Notes: a model not told the origin generated them from the letters alone. Shown: positions 1 through 11,401, counted from the first letter of the stretch. The stretch: DNA of 64,000 nt from Micrococcales bacterium (GCA_002699445.1 PAAU01000020.1:2532-66531); one strand, 5' to 3'. Made by a program: numbers and translations.

Positions 1-3000
1 TACGACGATAACGCCGGCGAAATCAGCGAAGGTCGAGGAAAATTCGCCTACACCCACATGACAGTGTGGGCTGAGAATAATACCGGGCTGAACAACCTAT
101 TCCGGCTTTCTAGTCGCGCCAGCGTAGAGGGCTTCTACCGTGCCCCTCGTTTCGATCGTGAACTGCTCGATACGTATGGAAAAGGTCTGATCGGGACAAC
201 GGGTTGTCCTTCAGGCGAAGTCAATCGGTGGTTGCAAGCGGGGCAGTACGATAAAGCCCTTGCGGTCGCTTCCGACATGCGAGACATTCTCGGACGTGAA
301 AATTACTTCTGTGAATTGATGGATCACGGAATCGATATCGAACGTAAGTTCCGGGACGACCTCTTACGAATCGCAAAAACTCTTGATTTGCCAATGGTCG
401 TCACCAATGACACGCACTATGTGCACGCTGATGATTGGCAGATTCATGATGCCTTTCTCTGCGTTGGTACTAAGAGCTTGGTGAGCGATACCAAACGGTT
501 TCGATTCGATAGCCATGATTTCTACATCAAGACTGGTACTGAAATGCGCCAGCAGTGGGCCGACTTCCCTGAGGCCTGTGACAACACACTCCTGATTGCA
601 GAACGTTGTGAGGTCTCTTTCAACGAGGGTGCCGATTTGATGCCCCGCTTCCCGGTCCCCGCTGGGCATACCGAAGACAGCTGGCTCGTGGAAGAAGTTA
701 AACGGGGTCTCGCCGCTCGGTTCGCTCCAGACCCGATACCGGACGAACACCGGTCACAAATGGAATACGAGCTGGGTGTTATCGCTCAGATGGGTTATCC
801 GGGTTACTTCTTGGTTGTCGCGGACCTGATCCGTCACGCTAAGGAGAGCGGCATCCGAGTAGGACCTGGACGAGGGTCTGCAGCCGGTGCGCTTATTGCC
901 TGGGCGCTCGGTATCACTGAGTTGGATCCTTTGGCACATGGTCTGCTGTTCGAGCGCTTTCTCAATCCCGAACGAGTATCGATGCCTGATATCGATATCG
1001 ACTTCGATGAGCGCAGGCGTGGCGAAATGATTCGCTACGCCACCGATAAGTACGGAGACGATCACGTTGCGCAGATCGTCACCTACGGCACTATCAAGGC
1101 GAAAGCAGCGATCAAGGACTCCGCCCGAGTCCTCGGTCAGCCCTTTGCCCTGAGCGATCAAATCACTAAGGCCATGCCGCCAGCCGTTATGGGAAAGGAC
1201 GTCCCGCTCTCTGGGATTTTTGATCCTCAGCACCCGCGACACAACGAAGCAGGCGAGTTCCGCGAACTGTATGAGTCTGATGCCACTGTGCGTGAGGTCG
1301 TTGATACCGCTCGGGGCCTCGAGGGGCTGAAGCGACAGGTGGGAGTTCATGCGGCTGGGGTCATCCTCTCCAGTGAGCCACTCACTGACGTGATCCCGGT
1401 ATGGCGTCGTGATGCCGACGGGGCCATCATTACCCAGTTCGATATGGGTGCTTGCGAGACGCTGGGCCTCTTGAAGATGGATTTTCTGGGGCTGCGGAAC
1501 CTCACAGTTATGGATGATTGCTTGCGTTCCATCGAGCTCAATTCTGGTGAGCAAATCGTCCTAGAGGAACTCTCACTGGATGATCGAACAACGTACGAGT
1601 TGTTGGCTCGTGGTGACACGCTGGGAGTTTTTCAGCTGGACGGTGGTCCCATGCGTGCGTTGCTGCGGTCCATGGTCCCTGACAACTTCGAAGACATCTC
1701 GGCGGTCCTAGCGCTCTACCGTCCCGGACCTATGGGGGCAAATGCTCACAACGATTACGCCGATCGAAAGAACGGTCGTAAACCGGTCCAGCCAATTCAC
1801 CCGGAGTTGGCCGAGCCGCTGGCCGAAATTTTGGGTGACACCTATGGGCTGATCGTCTATCAGGAGCAGGTGATGGCGATAGCCCAGCACTTGGCGGGTT
1901 ACTCGCTCGGCAAAGCGGATTTGTTGCGCCGTGCTATGGGCAAAAAGAAGAAGGAAATTCTCGATAAGGAGTACGTGCCGTTCGCGGATGGAATGAAAGC
2001 GAACGGGTATTCCGACGCAGCAATTCAGACGCTCTGGGACATCTTGGTTCCCTTCTCCGACTATGCGTTCAACAAGGCGCATACCGCTGGCTATGGCCTC
2101 GTTGCGTATTGGACCGCCTATCTGAAGGCGAACCATCCAGCCGAATACATGGCGGCGCTGTTGTCATCGGTCAAGGATGACAAGGATAAATCGGCGGTCT
2201 ATCTCAGCGAATGTCGACGGATGGGTATCAAGGTCTTACCGCCGGATGTCAACGAATCAGATTCCGACTTCACCCCTCGCGGCACCGACGTGCGATTTGG
2301 CCTCTCCGCAGTGCGCAACGTGGGTGAAAATGTTGTTTCTTCCATAGCGGCGACTCGTCGCAGCCATGGAAGGTTTGGCGACTTCGTTGATTTTCTGGAT
2401 GCCGTCGAGATCGGGGTGTGTAATAAGCGCACCATCGAGTCACTCATTAAAGCGGGTGCATTCGATTCATTGGGGCACAGTCGGAAGGGTCTGGTCACAG
2501 TTCACGAACAAATCGTTGATGCCATGGTCGACTCGAAGCGCGCCGCGGCAGCAGGTCAGTTCGATCTCTTCGCGAGCGGATCGGACGATAGTGCGGCGGC
2601 GGCCCTGCAAGTGTTACCGGAAATCCCCTTGGCGGAATGGGACAAGGCCACCCTGCTCGGGGGCGAACGCCAAATGCTTGGTCTGTATGTCAGCGACCAT
2701 CCGCTGAACGGAGTTGAACATTTACTCCGAAAGATGGTGGATTGTTCCCTAGCTTCGCTCTACGAAGATGAAAGACCATCGGGGCAGATGGTGACAATCG
2801 GAGGTCTGATTGCTTCGGTTCAGCGCAAAGTTACCCGAGAAAAGGGTCAGCCATGGGCGCTGGTCCAGCTTGAAGATTTAGATGCGTCGGTGGAAATCGC
2901 GGTGTACCCGCGCACCTACGGACCCATCGCAGGCCAGATTGTCGAAGACCGGGTCGCCCTTTTCACGGCGAGACTGGAGCGTCGCGATGACGAAGCTCTG

Positions 3001-3276
3001 CGGATCGTAGCGCGAGAGGTCTCTTTTCCCGATCTAGCAGAGCAAGAGCACGGACCGGTCCGGTTAACGCTCCCGGTATCGAAGTGCGTGCCGCCGGTTG
3101 TCGATCAGCTCAAAGAGGTTTTGGCTGATCACCCCGGTACCGTTGAGGTGCAGTTGCACCTCGTGAATGACGGTCGTACTACGGTTTTGCGACTAGACGA
3201 CCGACTCAGAGTTTCGCCCGGACCGGCGCTCTACGGAGATCTAAAGGCGTTATTGGGGTCCGGAGTACTCGGTTAG
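1..3276 (+). CDS. dnaE: DNA polymerase III alpha subunit (5' end lies upstream of the window)
   Basis: Frame is open from base 1 (YDDNAGE...AYTHMT). Motifs GPGRGSAAG, FERFLNPERVSMPDIDIDF, LLKMDFLGL and YAFNKAH are present, with a C-terminal OB-fold region. Confidence 0.97.
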   Translation, partial: YDDNAGEISEGRGKFAYTHMTVWAENNTGLNNLFRLSSRASVEGFYRAPRFDRELLDTYGKGLIGTTGCPSGEVNRWLQAGQYDKALAVASDMRDILGRENYFCELMDHGIDIERKFRDDLLRIAKTLDLPMVVTNDTHYVHADDWQIHDAFLCVGTKSLVSDTKRFRFDSHDFYIKTGTEMRQQWADFPEACDNTLLIAERCEVSFNEGADLMPRFPVPAGHTEDSWLVEEVKRGLAARFAPDPIPDEHRSQMEYELGVIAQMGYPGYFLVVADLIRHAKESGIRVGPGRGSAAGALIAWALGITELDPLAHGLLFERFLNPERVSMPDIDIDFDERRRGEMIRYATDKYGDDHVAQIVTYGTIKAKAAIKDSARVLGQPFALSDQITKAMPPAVMGKDVPLSGIFDPQHPRHNEAGEFRELYESDATVREVVDTARGLEGLKRQVGVHAAGVILSSEPLTDVIPVWRRDADGAIITQFDMGACETLGLLKMDFLGLRNLTVMDDCLRSIELNSGEQIVLEELSLDDRTTYELLARGDTLGVFQLDGGPMRALLRSMVPDNFEDISAVLALYRPGPMGANAHNDYADRKNGRKPVQPIHPELAEPLAEILGDTYGLIVYQEQVMAIAQHLAGYSLGKADLLRRAMGKKKKEILDKEYVPFADGMKANGYSDAAIQTLWDILVPFSDYAFNKAHTAGYGLVAYWTAYLKANHPAEYMAALLSSVKDDKDKSAVYLSECRRMGIKVLPPDVNESDSDFTPRGTDVRFGLSAVRNVGENVVSSIAATRRSHGRFGDFVDFLDAVEIGVCNKRTIESLIKAGAFDSLGHSRKGLVTVHEQIVDAMVDSKRAAAAGQFDLFASGSDDSAAAALQVLPEIPLAEWDKATLLGGERQMLGLYVSDHPLNGVEHLLRKMVDCSLASLYEDERPSGQMVTIGGLIASVQRKVTREKGQPWALVQLEDLDASVEIAVYPRTYGPIAGQIVEDRVALFTARLERRDDEALRIVAREVSFPDLAEQEHGPVRLTLPVSKCVPPVVDQLKEVLADHPGTVEVQLHLVNDGRTTVLRLDDRLRVSPGPALYGDLKALLGSGVLG

Positions 3277-3286
3277 GTTCAGTCGG

Positions 3287-3934
3287 TCAACTGCAATTGG
3301 GGGATGCCGTTGCAGTCCGGTTGGCCGCAACTGGTTTACCCACAGTGGGAAGGGCTGGGTCGGCCCAAGCCGCGGACACTTCACCGTCAGTAGCGGTGAC
3401 TTGAAGCTGCACCACCGCGGTATCGAGTGTGGTGCCGGCCCAGCAAGCCTTCACCTCGTCGGCTTTACCGAGTTCTTCAGAGGACACTGCCGATCCTGGA
3501 TCTGTGCCCTTGGGAGCTAAAGCCAGCAGTTGTCGACTGTCGTTTTCTACGCCGCCAGTCGTACCTCGTACTTCGAAATAGAGACCGTAAGTGTTAGGAG
3601 TAGGCAGTTCTACTTGGGTCACCGAGTCTGTGATCGTCGCCGTCCATTCCTGCTCGCCGTCGGGGCTAGCTGTTTGGCGAGCCGTGACCAGGCAACCCTC
3701 ACAGTCACCGGTAAATCGCAACTCAACAACAGTGGTTCCCTCATCCGTTTCCACGTCCTCTTTCTTCGGGGCCTCGGTAGGAGTGCCCTCAGTTGCAGAG
3801 GGGGTCGGCGTGGGGCTCGGAGTAACCGGGGCGGCCGTCCCACCACCGGTCTGAGCGAGAAGTATGGCTCCGATCGCGAAGATGACCGCAAAGACGACAG
3901 CACCGATGATGAATGGGGTCCGAGACTCATGCAT
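3287..3934 (-). CDS. Hypothetical membrane-anchored/secreted protein with Pro/Thr linker and CEGC...CWAG motifs
   Basis: N-terminal hydrophobic helix, PTPTP linker and acidic globular domain; fills the gap convergent with dnaE. Confidence 0.75.
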   Translation of the reverse strand: MHESRTPFIIGAVVFAVIFAIGAILLAQTGGGTAAPVTPSPTPTPSATEGTPTEAPKKEDVETDEGTTVVELRFTGDCEGCLVTARQTASPDGEQEWTATITDSVTQVELPTPNTYGLYFEVRGTTGGVENDSRQLLALAPKGTDPGSAVSSEELGKADEVKACWAGTTLDTAVVQLQVTATDGEVSAAWADPALPTVGKPVAANRTATASPNCS

Positions 3935-3992
3935 GTCCCTATTCTTACCTACTCCCGCCGATTGCGCGGCAGCACCGGTGTCTAGTGCAAAT

Positions 3993-4553
3993 TCAGCGAG
4001 TGATCGGCGCGATCCGAGCCCTTAATGCGTCGATCAGATGTTGCGGTTGGATTTCCAGTTCCAGGCCACGACGACCGGCGGAAACCATGACGGTAGGAAA
4101 GTGCATGCATGAGGTGTCCACAATCACGGGAAGCTCCTTCTTCATCCCCAGCGGACTGATGCCCCCCAGTGGGTAACCACTAGCCCGTTCGGCTGTGGCA
4201 GGTGCTGCCATTTCGCCTCGCTTCACGCCTACTGCTGCCGCCAAAGCTCGCAGGTCTAGTTGGCCGTTAACGGGCAGTAGCGCTACTGCAAGGTGATCAT
4301 CTAGCTCGGTGATGAGAGTCTTAAAGACCCTTCGATTGTCGACCTTCAGTTTTTCGGCAGCTTCGCTACCGTAACTCTGGGTTGCTGGGTCGTGTTGATA
4401 GGAGTGCAGCGCATATGGAAAACCGAGTTCGGCGAGGGCTAGTGTTGCGGGCGTAGCAGACGCGGGTCGGTCCTTTTTCTTGGACTTTTTCCCTTTTTTC
4501 TTCGTTTCTTTTGGCTTCGGGGTGCCGTTGGTGTCCGGCTCCGTCGTGTTCAT
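3993..4553 (-). CDS. ybaK: YbaK/EbsC family Cys-tRNA(Pro) deacylase with Lys-rich N-terminal extension
   Basis: Motifs ATPAT, VFKTL, GYPLGGISPLG and VSAGRRGLELEI. ATG 4553 chosen because the longer ORF overlaps hisD. Confidence 0.88.
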   Translation of the reverse strand: MNTTEPDTNGTPKPKETKKKGKKSKKKDRPASATPATLALAELGFPYALHSYQHDPATQSYGSEAAEKLKVDNRRVFKTLITELDDHLAVALLPVNGQLDLRALAAAVGVKRGEMAAPATAERASGYPLGGISPLGMKKELPVIVDTSCMHFPTVMVSAGRRGLELEIQPQHLIDALRARIAPITR

Positions 4554-4599
4554 GGGCGGCTCACTTCGTGATTTGCGCTGACCTTCGTAGACTAGGGGA

Positions 4600-5919
4600 G
4601 TGATCAGGCTTATTGACCTTCGAGGAAGCAACTGGGATGCATCCCACGTAATCCCGCGTGCCGGTCAAACCCCTGACGACGTTTTCGATCAGGTAGTACC
4701 CATCGTGCACGACGTGGCCCAGCGGGGCGCCGATGCAGTGCAGGAGTGGACTAAACGCCTCGATGGCGCCGTGCCGCAGAGCCTTAGGGTGCCAGCCGAC
4801 GTCATGGAATCCGCATGGGATGAGCTGGCACCGAGAGTACGAGATGCGCTGGAGACGGCGGCTGATCGAGTTCGTCAAGTACACCAGCTACAGCGCCCGG
4901 TAGAGACTGCCGTGGAAGTAGTGCCCGAGGGCGTGATCGGCCAACGGTGGATTCCGGTGCGTCGGGTCGGCTTGTATGTTCCCGGTGGTCGAGCCGTTTA
5001 TCCGTCTAGCGTGATCATGAATGTAATTCCCGCGCAAGTAGCGGGAGTTCAATCTTTAGCTGTGGTGTCTCCACCTCAGGCAGATCACGACGGATGGCCA
5101 CATCCCGTCATCCTGGCTGCTTGTCGAATGCTGGGTGTGAGTGAGGTCTACGCCGTAGGAGGGGCACAAGCAGTTGCACTCCTGGCCTACGGCGCCTCGC
5201 TGCCCTCGCAATCCTGCAAGCCTGTTGATTTGATCACCGGTCCAGGAAATGTGTGGGTTACTGCGGCTAAACGTGCTGTTATGGGTCAGGTGGGGATTGA
5301 TTCTGAGGCTGGTCCCACCGAAGTAATGGTGGTTGCCGATGACAGCGCCGATGCCAATGTGGTCGCGGCAGATTTAGTGAGTCAGGCTGAACACGACCCG
5401 CTCGCGGCCGCGGTGCTGGTCACTGATTCTCAGCGCTTAGCGCGGGCAGTGGGCGAGGTGCTGGCGGCTCAGGTCGCTGCGACGAAACACACCGAGCGGA
5501 TCGCAGCCGCATTGACCGGCGAACAGAGCGCTGTGGTCCTTGTCGAAGATATGGATGCGGCAGTCGCAGTGGCTAACAGTTACGGGGCAGAACATTTAGA
5601 AATCCAGACCATAGCCGCGGAAGAGGTAGCTGCTCGGATCACTAACGCAGGAGCGATCTTCATCGGTGCCGATAGTCCAGTGTCATTGGGTGACTACGCT
5701 GCGGGCTCAAACCACGTATTGCCCACTTCGGGAATGTCCGCCCACTCATCGGGTCTTGGAGTGCATACCTTTCTCCGCTCCGTTCAGACGATTAAGTACA
5801 GCCGTCAAGCCCTTGCCGGGATAGCTGATGCGGTACAGATATTGGCCGATGCAGAAGACCTGCCTGCACACGGTGCCGCAATAGCGGCACGTTTCAACCC
5901 AGCCGACGGTGACAACTGA
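4600..5919 (+). CDS. hisD: Histidinol dehydrogenase
   Basis: Motifs VGLYVPGG, GPGNVWV, GIDSEAGPTE, SQAEHD and GDYAAGSNHVLPT. Confidence 0.97.
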   Translation: MIRLIDLRGSNWDASHVIPRAGQTPDDVFDQVVPIVHDVAQRGADAVQEWTKRLDGAVPQSLRVPADVMESAWDELAPRVRDALETAADRVRQVHQLQRPVETAVEVVPEGVIGQRWIPVRRVGLYVPGGRAVYPSSVIMNVIPAQVAGVQSLAVVSPPQADHDGWPHPVILAACRMLGVSEVYAVGGAQAVALLAYGASLPSQSCKPVDLITGPGNVWVTAAKRAVMGQVGIDSEAGPTEVMVVADDSADANVVAADLVSQAEHDPLAAAVLVTDSQRLARAVGEVLAAQVAATKHTERIAAALTGEQSAVVLVEDMDAAVAVANSYGAEHLEIQTIAAEEVAARITNAGAIFIGADSPVSLGDYAAGSNHVLPTSGMSAHSSGLGVHTFLRSVQTIKYSRQALAGIADAVQILADAEDLPAHGAAIAARFNPADGDN

Positions 5920-7004
5920 TGAAATCTTTACCGTTGCGGACCGAACTGGTGGGGGAGGAGCCCTACGGAGCTCCGACCGACCCGGTACCCGTACGCCTGA
6001 ATGTCAACGAGAACCCCTATCCACCGCCGCCCGAGGTTGTCTCGGCTATCGGCCATCGATTAGCCGAGTCCGCAGCTTCGCTGAACCGATATCCCGATCG
6101 AGAAGTGCGACGGTTGCGCACCGCACTCGCCGACTATGTCCGCCGTGATATTGACCCGTCCCAGATCTGGGCAGCGAACGGTAGTAACGAGGTAATGCAT
6201 CAGATCCTGGGAGCGTTTGCCGGACCTAATCGCTCCCTCTTGACTTTTGCGCCGTCGTATTCGATGTATCCCGTCTACGCCCGGGACACCATGACAAAGT
6301 TCCGAGCGGAAGACCGGAGCCCGGATTTCAGTATCGATCTCGATCGTGCAGCGGACACAATCGCTGTTGACCCGCCAGCAGTTGTCGTGGTGGCATCTCC
6401 CAATAATCCGACCGGAACTCCTCTTAGCCCCGACGAGGTTCGTAGGCTGCACAACCTGGTCGAACCAACCGGAATTCTCGTCATCGATGAGGCATACGCG
6501 GAGTTTTCCGATAGCGACTCAGCTCTTGATCTCGTTGGCGAGCTTGATCATCTGATTGTGGTGCGCACGTTGAGTAAGGCTTTCGGTCTGGCGGGATTGC
6601 GTCTCGGCTATGCGGTGGCCTCCGCCGACGTAGTGGATGCATTGCGCATCGTGCGCCTGCCGTATCATTTGTCCACTACCACCCAGGAAGCAGCGATCGC
6701 TGCTTTGGGGTTCGCGGATGAGTTGTTGGCACCCGTCACCGAAGTAATGAGTGAACGAGAGAAGCTGATGGCCTGGCTTTGCGAGCGGAATATTCCTTAT
6801 GCGCAGTCACAGGCTAATTTTGTCTTGATAGGTCCGCTGGTTGATTCGACTAAGATCTTCGCTAAGTTGCGAGACCGTGGGGTATTGGTTCGCGAGACGT
6901 CAATCCCTGGCTGCCTCCGGGTGAGTATCGGTACGCCAGTGGAGAACGAGACATTCCGCGAGAAGTTCGGCGAACTCGTCGATCGGACAGGAGCAGTTGA
7001 ATGA
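5919..7004 (+). CDS. hisC: Histidinol-phosphate aminotransferase
   Basis: Motifs [27 protein letters not shown] and [15 protein letters not shown]; his cluster context. Confidence 0.96.
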   Translation: MKSLPLRTELVGEEPYGAPTDPVPVRLNVNENPYPPPPEVVSAIGHRLAESAASLNRYPDREVRRLRTALADYVRRDIDPSQIWAANGSNEVMHQILGAFAGPNRSLLTFAPSYSMYPVYARDTMTKFRAEDRSPDFSIDLDRAADTIAVDPPAVVVVASPNNPTGTPLSPDEVRRLHNLVEPTGILVIDEAYAEFSDSDSALDLVGELDHLIVVRTLSKAFGLAGLRLGYAVASADVVDALRIVRLPYHLSTTTQEAAIAALGFADELLAPVTEVMSEREKLMAWLCERNIPYAQSQANFVLIGPLVDSTKIFAKLRDRGVLVRETSIPGCLRVSIGTPVENETFREKFGELVDRTGAVE

Positions 7005-7597
7005 GTAGGACGGCATCAGTAGAGCGAAATACGAAAGAGAGTAAAGTCTCGATTCAGCTCGACTTGGATGGCACTGGTACTGCTGAGGTAGAAACCGGGG
7101 TCCCGTTTTTCGACCACATGTTGGCGCAGCTTGGCAAACACGGGGGCTTTGATCTAGTGGTGCGGACCGACGGTGATCTGGAGGTCGATGCACATCATAC
7201 GGTGGAGGACACGTCGCTGGCTCTTGGACAAGCACTCCGAGAGTCGCTGGGTGACAAGCAGGGTGTCCGCCGTTACGGCGACTCTCTAGTTCCATTGGAT
7301 GAAGCGCTCGTACAGTCTGCTGTTGATCTTTCCGGCCGACCCTACTTAGTGCACGAAGAACCTGAGTTAGTGGAACTAATCGGAAGCTACGACACCACTC
7401 TGACTCGACACATTTGGGAGTCCATCGTCGCTACCGCACAAATCACCCTGCATGTTCGGGTACTCAATGGCCGCAATGCCCACCATATTGTGGAAGCCCA
7501 GTTCAAGTCGGTAGCGCGTTCCTTACGAACCGCTGTGCAGCTAGATGAACGTGTGGTCGGGGTGCCAAGCACTAAGGGAACTTTGGGTGGCAGCTAA
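7001..7597 (+). CDS. hisB: Imidazoleglycerol-phosphate dehydratase
   Basis: Motifs [26 protein letters not shown] and VPSTKG. Confidence 0.97.
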   Translation: MSRTASVERNTKESKVSIQLDLDGTGTAEVETGVPFFDHMLAQLGKHGGFDLVVRTDGDLEVDAHHTVEDTSLALGQALRESLGDKQGVRRYGDSLVPLDEALVQSAVDLSGRPYLVHEEPELVELIGSYDTTLTRHIWESIVATAQITLHVRVLNGRNAHHIVEAQFKSVARSLRTAVQLDERVVGVPSTKGTLGGS

Positions 7598-8213
7598 GCC
7601 ATCCGTAGTCGTCTTCGACTACGGATTCGGAAATGTCCGTTCATGCGAAAACTCGCTTATTCGTGCGGGTGCTGATGCCACCGTTAGCAGTGACGTTGAC
7701 CTAGCAGGATCTGCTGACGGACTTGTCGTTCCCGGCGTTGGTGCTTTCGCCGCCTGTATGGCTGGGTTACGGCGAGCTGGTGGTGATGAAGTCGTAGCCA
7801 ATCGGATCTCGGCCGGTCAGCCGGTATTGGGCATCTGTGTGGGGATGCAGATTATGTTCGCCAACGGGGTCGAGCATGGGGTCGACACCGCCGGGCTCGC
7901 ACTGTGGTCGGGAACAGTAGAACGGCTTGCTGCACCGGTCTTGCCCCACATGGGTTGGAATACCGTCGTAGCTCCCCGGTCCAGCCAGCTTTTCGCTGGG
8001 GCGACCGAGCAGCGTTTCTATTTTGTCCATTCTTACGCAGTTCGATCTTGGTCAGAATCGTCGACCACTCGGATAACCACTGCCGAGCACGGCGAAACGT
8101 TTGTAGCTGCTGTTGAGGACGGTCCGCTATGGGCCACGCAGTTCCATCCAGAAAAATCAGGGGTGGCGGGAGCGCAACTCTTGGGCAATTGGCTCGCCGA
8201 GATCTCAAAATAG
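7587..8213 (+). CDS. hisH: Imidazole glycerol phosphate synthase glutaminase subunit
   Basis: Motifs DYGFGN, PGVGAF, GICVGMQ, YFVHSY and TQFHPEKS. Start re-set to GTG 7587. Confidence 0.95.
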   Translation: MAAKPSVVVFDYGFGNVRSCENSLIRAGADATVSSDVDLAGSADGLVVPGVGAFAACMAGLRRAGGDEVVANRISAGQPVLGICVGMQIMFANGVEHGVDTAGLALWSGTVERLAAPVLPHMGWNTVVAPRSSQLFAGATEQRFYFVHSYAVRSWSESSTTRITTAEHGETFVAAVEDGPLWATQFHPEKSGVAGAQLLGNWLAEISK

Positions 8214-8284
8214 TGGATGTTCGGCACTAATCCCGTTTGGTTTCGCTACTGTCAGCATCAGGCGTGAAATCGGAGGTAGCAGTC

Positions 8285-8683
8285 ATGTCTAACCCCATGC
8301 CGGGCTGGTACCCGGATCCAGAAGCGCCAGAACGGCAACGTTTCTGGGACGGTAACAAGTGGACTGAGGCGCGAGCCTATCCAGTCGCGGGCGGTGATCC
8401 CAATATGCCGGGAGCGCAGCACAGCACCGCCGTTCCTGATGAAAAGCGCAAATCTAACCCGTGGGTTGTAATCGCACTGGTCGCCATTCTGGCGGCTTTG
8501 CTGTTCTTCTTCGCGTGGTTCTTCTTGCTCAGAGATAGTGGCACCACCACAGAGCCGATTACGCCCCCAACCGCGCCAGTACCAACGCCGCCCCAGCCAA
8601 CGGCGCCGGCGCCCGTACCCACAACCCCGACACCACCGGTACCTCCCACGCCCACACCCACATCCACACCCGACGTCTCCTAG
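8285..8683 (+). CDS. DUF2510-like membrane protein with Pro/Thr-rich tail
   Basis: PGWYPDP...RFWDGNKWT signature, one TM helix and a PT-rich C-terminus; GGAGG precedes ATG 8285. Confidence 0.8.
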   Translation: MSNPMPGWYPDPEAPERQRFWDGNKWTEARAYPVAGGDPNMPGAQHSTAVPDEKRKSNPWVVIALVAILAALLFFFAWFFLLRDSGTTTEPITPPTAPVPTPPQPTAPAPVPTTPTPPVPPTPTPTSTPDVS

Positions 8684-8709
8684 AGACTTCGTGCGCGAAG
8701 GCTGACCAC

Positions 8710-9480
8710 GTGAATGAGACGCTGACTCTTTTCCCCGCTGTCGACGTGGCCGACGGTCGCGCCATTCGACTCGTTCAAGGTGCGGTGGGCACGGAATCTG
8801 ACTATGGCGATCCAGTCGAGGCTGCGGAGCAATGGCAGGAACAAGGGGCGGAATGGATCCACCTCGTTGATCTCGATGCTGCTTTCGGCCGGGGATCGAA
8901 CCGGGATCTCTTAGCTAATGTCGTGGGTCGCCTAGATGTAGCGGTAGAGCTCAGCGGTGGCATCAGAGATGATGAGTCGTTGGCAGCAGCTCTTGCGACT
9001 GGTTGCCGGCGGGTCAATTTGGGCACCGCCGCCCTGGAGTCGCCCGAGTGGTGTGCCAAGGTGATCGCGGAACATGGAGACCAAATCGCTGTTGGGTTGG
9101 ACGTTCGAGGTACGACCCTGTCAGCTCGAGGTTGGACGCGCGATGGCGGCGAGTTATTTGAGACGCTGGCGCGACTCGACGCCGAAGGCTGTGCCCGATA
9201 CGTGGTCACCGATGTGGCTCGCGACGGCACCCTCGAGGGCCCCAATCTGGATCTACTGAATTCAGTCTGCGAAGCGACAAACCGACCGGTCGTGGCATCG
9301 GGAGGAGTGGGCAGCTTAGGTGATTTGCATTCGCTGGCGGAACTGATTCCGGTCGGGCTAGAGGGCGCCATCATCGGTAAAGCCTTGTATTCGGGAGCGT
9401 TTACTTTGCCGGAAGCAATCGTTGCGGCCGAGCCGCGTCATAGCTATGTTCGACCGCAAGATTACAGCGGGACCGATTAG
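8710..9480 (+). CDS. hisA: Phosphoribosyl isomerase PriA (bifunctional HisA/TrpF type)
   Basis: Motifs [33 protein letters not shown] and LSARGW; no trpF in the adjacent trp cluster. Confidence 0.95.
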   Translation: MNETLTLFPAVDVADGRAIRLVQGAVGTESDYGDPVEAAEQWQEQGAEWIHLVDLDAAFGRGSNRDLLANVVGRLDVAVELSGGIRDDESLAAALATGCRRVNLGTAALESPEWCAKVIAEHGDQIAVGLDVRGTTLSARGWTRDGGELFETLARLDAEGCARYVVTDVARDGTLEGPNLDLLNSVCEATNRPVVASGGVGSLGDLHSLAELIPVGLEGAIIGKALYSGAFTLPEAIVAAEPRHSYVRPQDYSGTD

Positions 9481-9905
9481 CTTCTGCTTCCTCGAGTGGG
9501 GTACGACTCAACCGGCGCGGGATTAGTTATTCGAATGGCGACCGGCTTGCCCGTGGCGCGACCACGAGCCATCATCATGCTACGTAAAAAGGGGTAACGG
9601 AACCCGTATCGTCGCCGAATCAGTGCACTGACTCTGCGAACCACATCAGGATCGTCGCTTACCTCTGCAGTCGCGGTAGAGAGCCCACCCTGCAATCGAC
9701 CGCGGCCATCGCTGGGCCCTACCTCGATTTTCGGGTTCTTACGGATTCGTTTCACCTTGCCGGAACCGCTGTGTGTCAGCACGTAGATGGCTTCGCCCTC
9801 ACGAGAAATCCATACGCAGGTGCTCACACCACTGCCGTCAGCCCGGTAACTGGTCAGGGCGACATGCCGGGCGGCCGCGAGACGATCTAGGTCGGGGTTC
9901 CCCAT
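9477..9905 (-). CDS. PPOX-class (putative F420-dependent) oxidoreductase
   Basis: LTSYRADG...VW...[11 protein letters not shown]...DGRG pattern typical of the family. Confidence 0.82.
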   Translation of the reverse strand: MGNPDLDRLAAARHVALTSYRADGSGVSTCVWISREGEAIYVLTHSGSGKVKRIRKNPKIEVGPSDGRGRLQGGLSTATAEVSDDPDVVRRVSALIRRRYGFRYPFLRSMMMARGRATGKPVAIRITNPAPVESYPTRGSRS

Positions 9906-9938
9906 GTGACGTTACTTTACGCCCCTTAGCCTAGAAGT

Positions 9939-10724
9939 GTGTCGTTAGCGGTTCGCGTGATTCCTTGTCTGGATGTGGATGCCGGTCGTGTAGTTAAGGG
10001 CATTAACTTCCGAGACCTTCGTGATGCGGGGGACCCCGTAGAGCTTGCTTCGCGGTACAGCTCTCGTGGTGCGGATGAACTCATTTTTCTCGATATCACG
10101 GCTAGCTCCTCCCAAAGGGACACCATGTTTGAAGTTGTCTCGCGGACAGCGGCTGAAGTTTTCATCCCGCTCACGGTAGGCGGCGGCGTCCGTAGTGTGG
10201 CCGACTTTGAGCTACTGCTGCGCGCCGGTGCAGATAAGGTAGGTGTCAATACTGCAGCGGTCGGTCGACCGGAGCTGATTGCCGAGGCCGCCCAGCGTTT
10301 TGGATCACAATGCGTTGTAGTTTCGGTGGATGCTCGCCGCGCTCCGGCAATGAGCAGTGGTTTCGAGGTGACCACGCACGGTGGCCGTCGAGGTGCGGGC
10401 ATGGACGCCCTTACTTGGCTGGCGCATGCCGCTGAGCTAGGGGCCGGTGAGATTTTGCTGAACTCGATGGATGCTGATGGCACCGAAAACGGGTTTGACG
10501 CGGAGATGATCACAGCTGCCAGAGAACTCGTCTCGGTGCCTCTGATTGCTAGTGGTGGTGCCGGAGCCGCGGCAGATTTTCCGCTCGCGGTGGCGGCAGG
10601 CGCCGACGCAGTCCTGGCCGCAAGTGTCTTCCATTTTGGTCAGGTCAGTATCGATGAAGTGAAACAAGAACTTGCCGAGGCCGGCTATCCGGTTCGCCGG
10701 GTGCCTTCGACCCACGGTCACTGA
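9939..10724 (+). CDS. hisF: Imidazole glycerol phosphate synthase cyclase subunit
   Basis: Motifs [34 protein letters not shown] and AASVFHF. Confidence 0.97.
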   Translation: MSLAVRVIPCLDVDAGRVVKGINFRDLRDAGDPVELASRYSSRGADELIFLDITASSSQRDTMFEVVSRTAAEVFIPLTVGGGVRSVADFELLLRAGADKVGVNTAAVGRPELIAEAAQRFGSQCVVVSVDARRAPAMSSGFEVTTHGGRRGAGMDALTWLAHAAELGAGEILLNSMDADGTENGFDAEMITAARELVSVPLIASGGAGAAADFPLAVAAGADAVLAASVFHFGQVSIDEVKQELAEAGYPVRRVPSTHGH

Positions 10725-10729
10725 ATGGC

Positions 10730-11401
10730 TCAGTCGCTGTCAAGGTGGAGATGATCGTCCTGGGTTCCGGTCATTGCCTCTCGAAATGCAGCGACGGCAG
10801 CGTCGGTTCCGTCGTAACTGACTTTGGTTTCTCGACGCCCCATGGCGACGAGGACCAGTTCGCCGGGGCTGCCCGTGATAGTGATCATCGGATCGCCGCC
10901 TTTGGCTTTATGTTGAGAGCCGTTCCCGTCGTTTCGGACGAGAGTCACACCGCCGGGAACGCCGTTGAACCATACGCGGCCCTGGAGTCGAAGCCGGTCC
11001 CAGATGAAGTCCTGCAAGTCTTCGGATAACTCGCGAGGCTGCCAGTCAGCTGTTCCTCTACGAACATCCTCGTGGTGGACGTAGTACTCCAGCGTATTGA
11101 GTTGTCCGTCCATCCAGGGCATGCGGAAAGCAGACCAAATCGGTGGGCCACTGCGGACCAATCCGACCAGTTTTTCGTAGTCTTGCGACGCCGCATCGGA
11201 TTCAACTTTCTCCGTCCAAGCAGCCAGCGGCCCCCCTAGTCGACCAAAGGCCGTGTCGGGGCGGCCTTCCCGCACTACTAGGTGTGCAGCTAGTTCGCGA
11301 GTGGTCCAGTCATCACATTGTGTGTGTTGTTTAGGACCGACCGAAGTAAGGAGATCGCAGAGCGCTGCTCGCTCATGTCGGGACAGATCTATGGCGGACA
11401 C
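10730..11401 (-). CDS. TIGR03085-like (mycothiol-dependent maleylpyruvate isomerase superfamily) metal-binding protein
   Basis: Motifs [21 protein letters not shown] and [14 protein letters not shown]; usual position between hisF and hisI. GTG 11401 lies 6 nt after TACGAT. Confidence 0.85.
   Translation of the reverse strand: MSAIDLSRHERAALCDLLTSVGPKQHTQCDDWTTRELAAHLVVREGRPDTAFGRLGGPLAAWTEKVESDAASQDYEKLVGLVRSGPPIWSAFRMPWMDGQLNTLEYYVHHEDVRRGTADWQPRELSEDLQDFIWDRLRLQGRVWFNGVPGGVTLVRNDGNGSQHKAKGGDPMITITGSPGELVLVAMGRRETKVSYDGTDAAVAAFREAMTGTQDDHLHLDSD

Noticed and set aside
8560-8675. C/A-rich quasi-repeat DNA
   Set aside because: It simply encodes the Pro/Thr-rich tail of the DUF2510 protein.
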